Source of the DNA: the human T2T-CHM13v2.0 reference genome, Homo sapiens
Assembly: GCF_009914755.1 (NCBI RefSeq)
Contig: NC_060936.1
Length of the DNA: 64,000 nt
Direction: 5' to 3' (one strand)
The stretch's first letter is position 1. Every line of letters starts with the position of its first letter. The translations under genes and the position numbers were made by a program. Below the pieces are notes generated by a model. The model saw nothing but the letters and a program-made list of their open reading frames with translations. It was not told the DNA's origin and made no database searches. Below are positions 60,085 to 64,000 of this stretch, one piece after another.

Positions 60085-62975
60085 CTTCAAATTGACTTGG
60101 CCACAGAGCACCCAGATACCTGATCAATCATTATTCTGGGTGGGCCTATGAGGGTGTTTTTGGATAATATAAATGTTTTCATTGTTAGACCTAGTAAAGC
60201 ATATGGTCCTTCCTCATGTGAGTGGGCCTCATCAAATCAGCTGAAGGGACTGAACAGAACAAAAGGCTGACCACCTCCTGCAAGTAACAGGGAATTTCCT
60301 TCTGTGTGGCTTCATTAAGCTGGATCATCAGTCTTTTCATGCCTTCAGACTTGAACTGAAACATTGCCTCTTCTGGTGTCTCAAGCCTGCTGTATTAGTC
60401 CATTTTCACATCCTATAAAGAACTACCTAAGACTGGGTAATTTATAAACAAAAGACGTTTAATTGACTCAGCGTTCTGCATGGCTGGGGAGGCCTCGGGA
60501 AACTTACAATCATGGTGGAAGGAGAAGGGAAAACAAGGCATGTCTTATATGGCATTGGAAGAGAGCAAGGTGAGGGAACCACCATATACTTTTAAATCAT
60601 CAGAGCTTGTGAGAACTCACTCACCCTCACGAGAACAGCATAGGGAAAATCACTCCCATGGTCCAATCACCTCTCACCAAGTCTCTCCCTCAATGCATAA
60701 GGATTACAATTACAGATGAGATTTGGGTGGGGACACAGAGTCCAACCATAACATTTTGCCACAGCCCCAACAAAATACCACATCCTTTACACATTTAAAA
60801 ACCAAACATGCCTTAACAACAGTCCCTCAAAGTCTTAACTCAATCAAGCATTAACACAAAATTCCAAGTACAAAATCTCATCTGAGACATGGCAAATCCC
60901 TTCTGCCTCTGAGCCTGCAAAATCTAAAGCAAGTTAATTACTTCCACGATACAGTGGGGTACAGGCATTGGGTAAACCATTCCACATGGGAGAAATTGGC
61001 CAACACAAAAGGGCTACAGGCCCCATGCAAGTCCAAAACCCAGCAGGGTAGTCATTAAATCTTAAAGCTGCAAAATAATGTCTTTTGACACAATGTCTCA
61101 CATACAGGGCATGCTGATGCAAGAGGTGGGCTCCCAAAGCCTTCAGCAGCTCCATCCCTATGGCTCTGCAGGGTAGAGCCCCTGCAACTGCTTTCACAGG
61201 CTGACATTGAGTGCCTGCACCTTTTCCAAGCACGTGATACAAGCTGTCGGTGGAACTTCCATTCTGGGTTCTGGAGGACAGTGGCCCTCTTCTTACAGTG
61301 ATACTAAGCAGTGCCCCAGTAGAGACTGTGTGGGGGCTCCAACCCCACATTTCTCCTCTGCTTGCTTTAGTAGAGGTTTTCCGTGAGGGATTTGCCCCTG
61401 CAGCAAACTTCTGCCTCGACATCCAGGCATTTCCACATATCCTTTGAAATCTAGGCAGAGGTTCCCAAACCTCAACTATTGTCTTCTGTATATCTGCAGG
61501 CCCAACACTATGTGGAATCTCCCAAGGGACTTGCATCCTCTGAAGCCATGGTCCTGAACTGTGTCTTGGCCCCTTTTAATTATGGTGGGAGCTGGGGCAA
61601 CTGGGACACAGGGCACTATGTCCTGAGGCTGCACAGAGCAGCTGGGTGCTGGGCCTGGCCCAGGAAACTATTTTTTCCCCCTGAGCCTCCAGGCCTGTGA
61701 TGGGAGGGGCTGCTGTGAAATCTCTAAATGCCCTGGAGACATGTACCTCATTGTCTTGGCCATTAACACTGGGCTCCTCATTACTTATGCAAATGTCTGC
61801 AGTGGCTTGGGCTTCAATTTCTCCCCAGAAAATGAGTTTTTCTTTTCTACCGCATGGACAGGCTGCAAATTTTCCAAATGTTTATGCTCTGCTTCCCTTT
61901 TAAACATAAGTTGCAATTGCAGATCATCTCTTTGTGAACACATATGACTGTACGGTTTCAGAAAAAGCCAGGTCATATCTTGAATGCTTTGCTGCTTAGA
62001 AATTTCTTCTGCCAGGCACTCTAAATCAACTTCTCTCAAGTCCAAAGTTCCACAGATTTCCAGGACAGGGGCAAAATGCTGCCAGTCTCTTTGCTAAAGC
62101 ATAGCAAGAGTAACCTTTGCTCCAGTTCCCAATAAGCTCATCTCCATTTGAGACCACCTTAGTCTGAACTTAATTGTCCATATCACTATTAGCATTGTGG
62201 TGATTCAACAGATATCTAGGAAGTTCCAAACTTCTCCACATCTTCCTGTCATCTGCTGAGCCCTCCAAACTGTTCCAACCTCTGTCCATTACCCAGTTCC
62301 AAAGTCGCTTCCACATTTTAAAGTATTTTTATAGCAGTGCCCTAAACTTCCAGCACCAATTTTCTGTATTAGTCCATTTCCACACTGCTGTAAAGAACTA
62401 CCTGAGACTACGTAATTTATAAATAAAAGAGGTTCAATAGACTTACAGTTCCACACGGCTGGGGAGGCCCCAGGAAACTCACAATTATGATGGAAGGAGA
62501 AGGGGAAGCAAGGTACGTCTAACATGGTGGTGAGAGAGAGAGAGAGGAGAGAACCACCACATGCTTTTAAACCACCAGAGCTCATAAGAATTCACTCACT
62601 CTCATGAGAAGAACATGGAAGAAACCACCCCCATGATCCAATCACCTCCCACCAGGTCCCTTTCTCAACATGTGGGGATTACAATTCCAGATGAGATTTA
62701 GGTGGGGACACAGAGCAAAACCACATCACCTGCCCACCTTCATATTGAAACTATACCATTAGCTTTGGTTCTCAGGCCTTCAGAATTGAACTGGAACTAC
62801 ACCATTGGCTTTTCTGGATCTCCAGCTTGCCAACTTCAAACCTTGGGAGTTCCCAGCCTCTATAACTGCATAATCCAACTTCCTATTACAAATCTCTGTA
62901 GATAGATGGGTAAATAAATGGATATACATACATATATATGTCTCTAGGGTTTACTGGAGAACACTGAGAAATAAA
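60085..62975 (+). mobile_element. MLT2-type (ERVL) LTR split by THE1D
   Basis: aattgacttggccacagagcacccagata...ttattctgggtg at 60085-60390; resumes at 62734 through ctggagaacactga. Confidence 0.75.
60391..62728 (-). mobile_element. Full-length THE1D-like MaLR (LTR 60391-60753, internal region, LTR 62365-62728)
   Basis: Both LTRs run tgtattagtccatt...ggggacacagag; 5-bp TSD CCTGC at 60386-60390 and 62729-62733. Confidence 0.92.
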
Positions 62976-63484
62976 ATTTCTAAAGAGATTTATCACTAAT
63001 CAAATATTTCAAAATGCAATTTCCTCAAGATTACTCAAATAGTAAATATAGAAGCCAAATTAATACAAGCCCAGTCTTTCCACTATAACACACTGCCAGC
63101 CACCATTTTTGGCTTATCATTTTTATATAAAACATTTATTTTTCCTTCTTTGACATTTTTTGTAAAATTATAATCACCTGTGCTTTAGCCGCAAAGACAT
63201 TATTCTAAAAGGTTTGCAGTATATATTTATATTTGTTTTATTTCTTACCATCTTCTTGACTATTTTTCCAAAAATTGAGCCCTTTAGGGAGCTCTCTATT
63301 TATATTCATAAGCATAAAGCCGTGTTTTTTTAGGTTTCCTTCTATTTTTTCTTATTGGAAGTAAAAGCAATTGAATTGTTGGTTTTGCTTTATATGAAGC
63401 ATTTTCTTCTATAATTTTTACTACTCTAATTTTCTGCAGTAACTCCCTTACATTTCCACCAAATCTACATCACAGACTGTTGTG

Positions 63485-63890
63485 TCCTGGATTAGTTTGT
63501 TATTGCTGCATAATCCCTTAACACAACTGAGTGACTTAAAGTAACACACATTATTATCTCACACTTTCTACAGGCCAAAAGTCCAGGGAGCACAGCTAAA
63601 GAGGGTTTTGTGATTCTGAGTTGCAGCCTGGAAGAGCCTTACCAGGCTGCAACCCAAGGGTGAGGTGGGCCTATGATCTTCTCTGAGGACCAACTGGTAA
63701 AACAGCCACTTCCCCTCCTTTTGTGATTGTAGGATTCTGACTACTGTTTTCTTGCTGGCTGTTGGCCCGCAGCCTGGTTCAGCTCCTGGAGGATTCCTAC
63801 AGTTCCTTGCCGCTTGGCCTTGTTCATATGCCCTTGCACAATGTGACAGCTTACTGCTTCAAAGCCAGTAACGAAGGGGAATCTCTCTCA
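63485..63890 (-). mobile_element. MLT1-type MaLR LTR
   Basis: attagtttgttattgctgcataa...gacttaaagtaacacacattattatctcaca...gcttactgcttcaaagccag. Confidence 0.7.
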
Positions 63891-63912
63891 TGCATGTTAG
63901 CAAGCACAAGAA

Positions 63913-63970
63913 AGATAGGATGGATAGATGGATGGATAGATAGACAGATAGACAGATAGATAGATAGATA
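63913..63970. repeat. (GATA/GATG/GACA)n tetranucleotide repeat
   Basis: Seen directly. Confidence 0.9.
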
Positions 63971-64000
63971 ATTCATATATATAATACATTGAATGTATAC

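Noticed and set aside
60934-61536. 200-aa ORF
   Set aside because: Lies within the THE1 internal region; a MaLR internal ORF remnant, not a host gene

Overview
AT-rich, repeat-dense primate DNA, almost certainly human. The only protein-coding gene is RERGL (RERG-like small Ras-family GTPase), on the minus strand at about 39100-48430. I reconstructed it by hand with canonical GT-AG junctions. One form is 204 aa with a P-loop (exons 48305-48356, 47116-47172, 43836-43909, 42733-42881, 39408-39690). A 157-nt cassette exon (47445-47601) stops that ORF after 23 codons and supplies a new ATG for a 205-aa form with no P-loop. The rest is mobile and repeat DNA: seven Alus, several L1s (an old near-full-length L1MA-type copy with nested Alu and MER11, and a 5'-inverted L1PA3/4 missing its RT core), a 5.2-kb mosaic provirus (LTR14-type HERV-K14 shell with HERV-W gag/pro/RNase H), a solo LTR1, a full-length THE1D inside an MLT2 LTR, L2/MIR/MLT1 relics, and a 3-kb purine-pyrimidine tandem array grown inside an L1. 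The most unusual cross-cutting signal is several short segments that match DNA 2-5 kb away, plus quasi-palindromes, which look like fossil template-switch repair events. I found no clearly new multi-gene system. Repeat subfamily names come from recalled consensus sequences and need RepeatMasker/Dfam confirmation.
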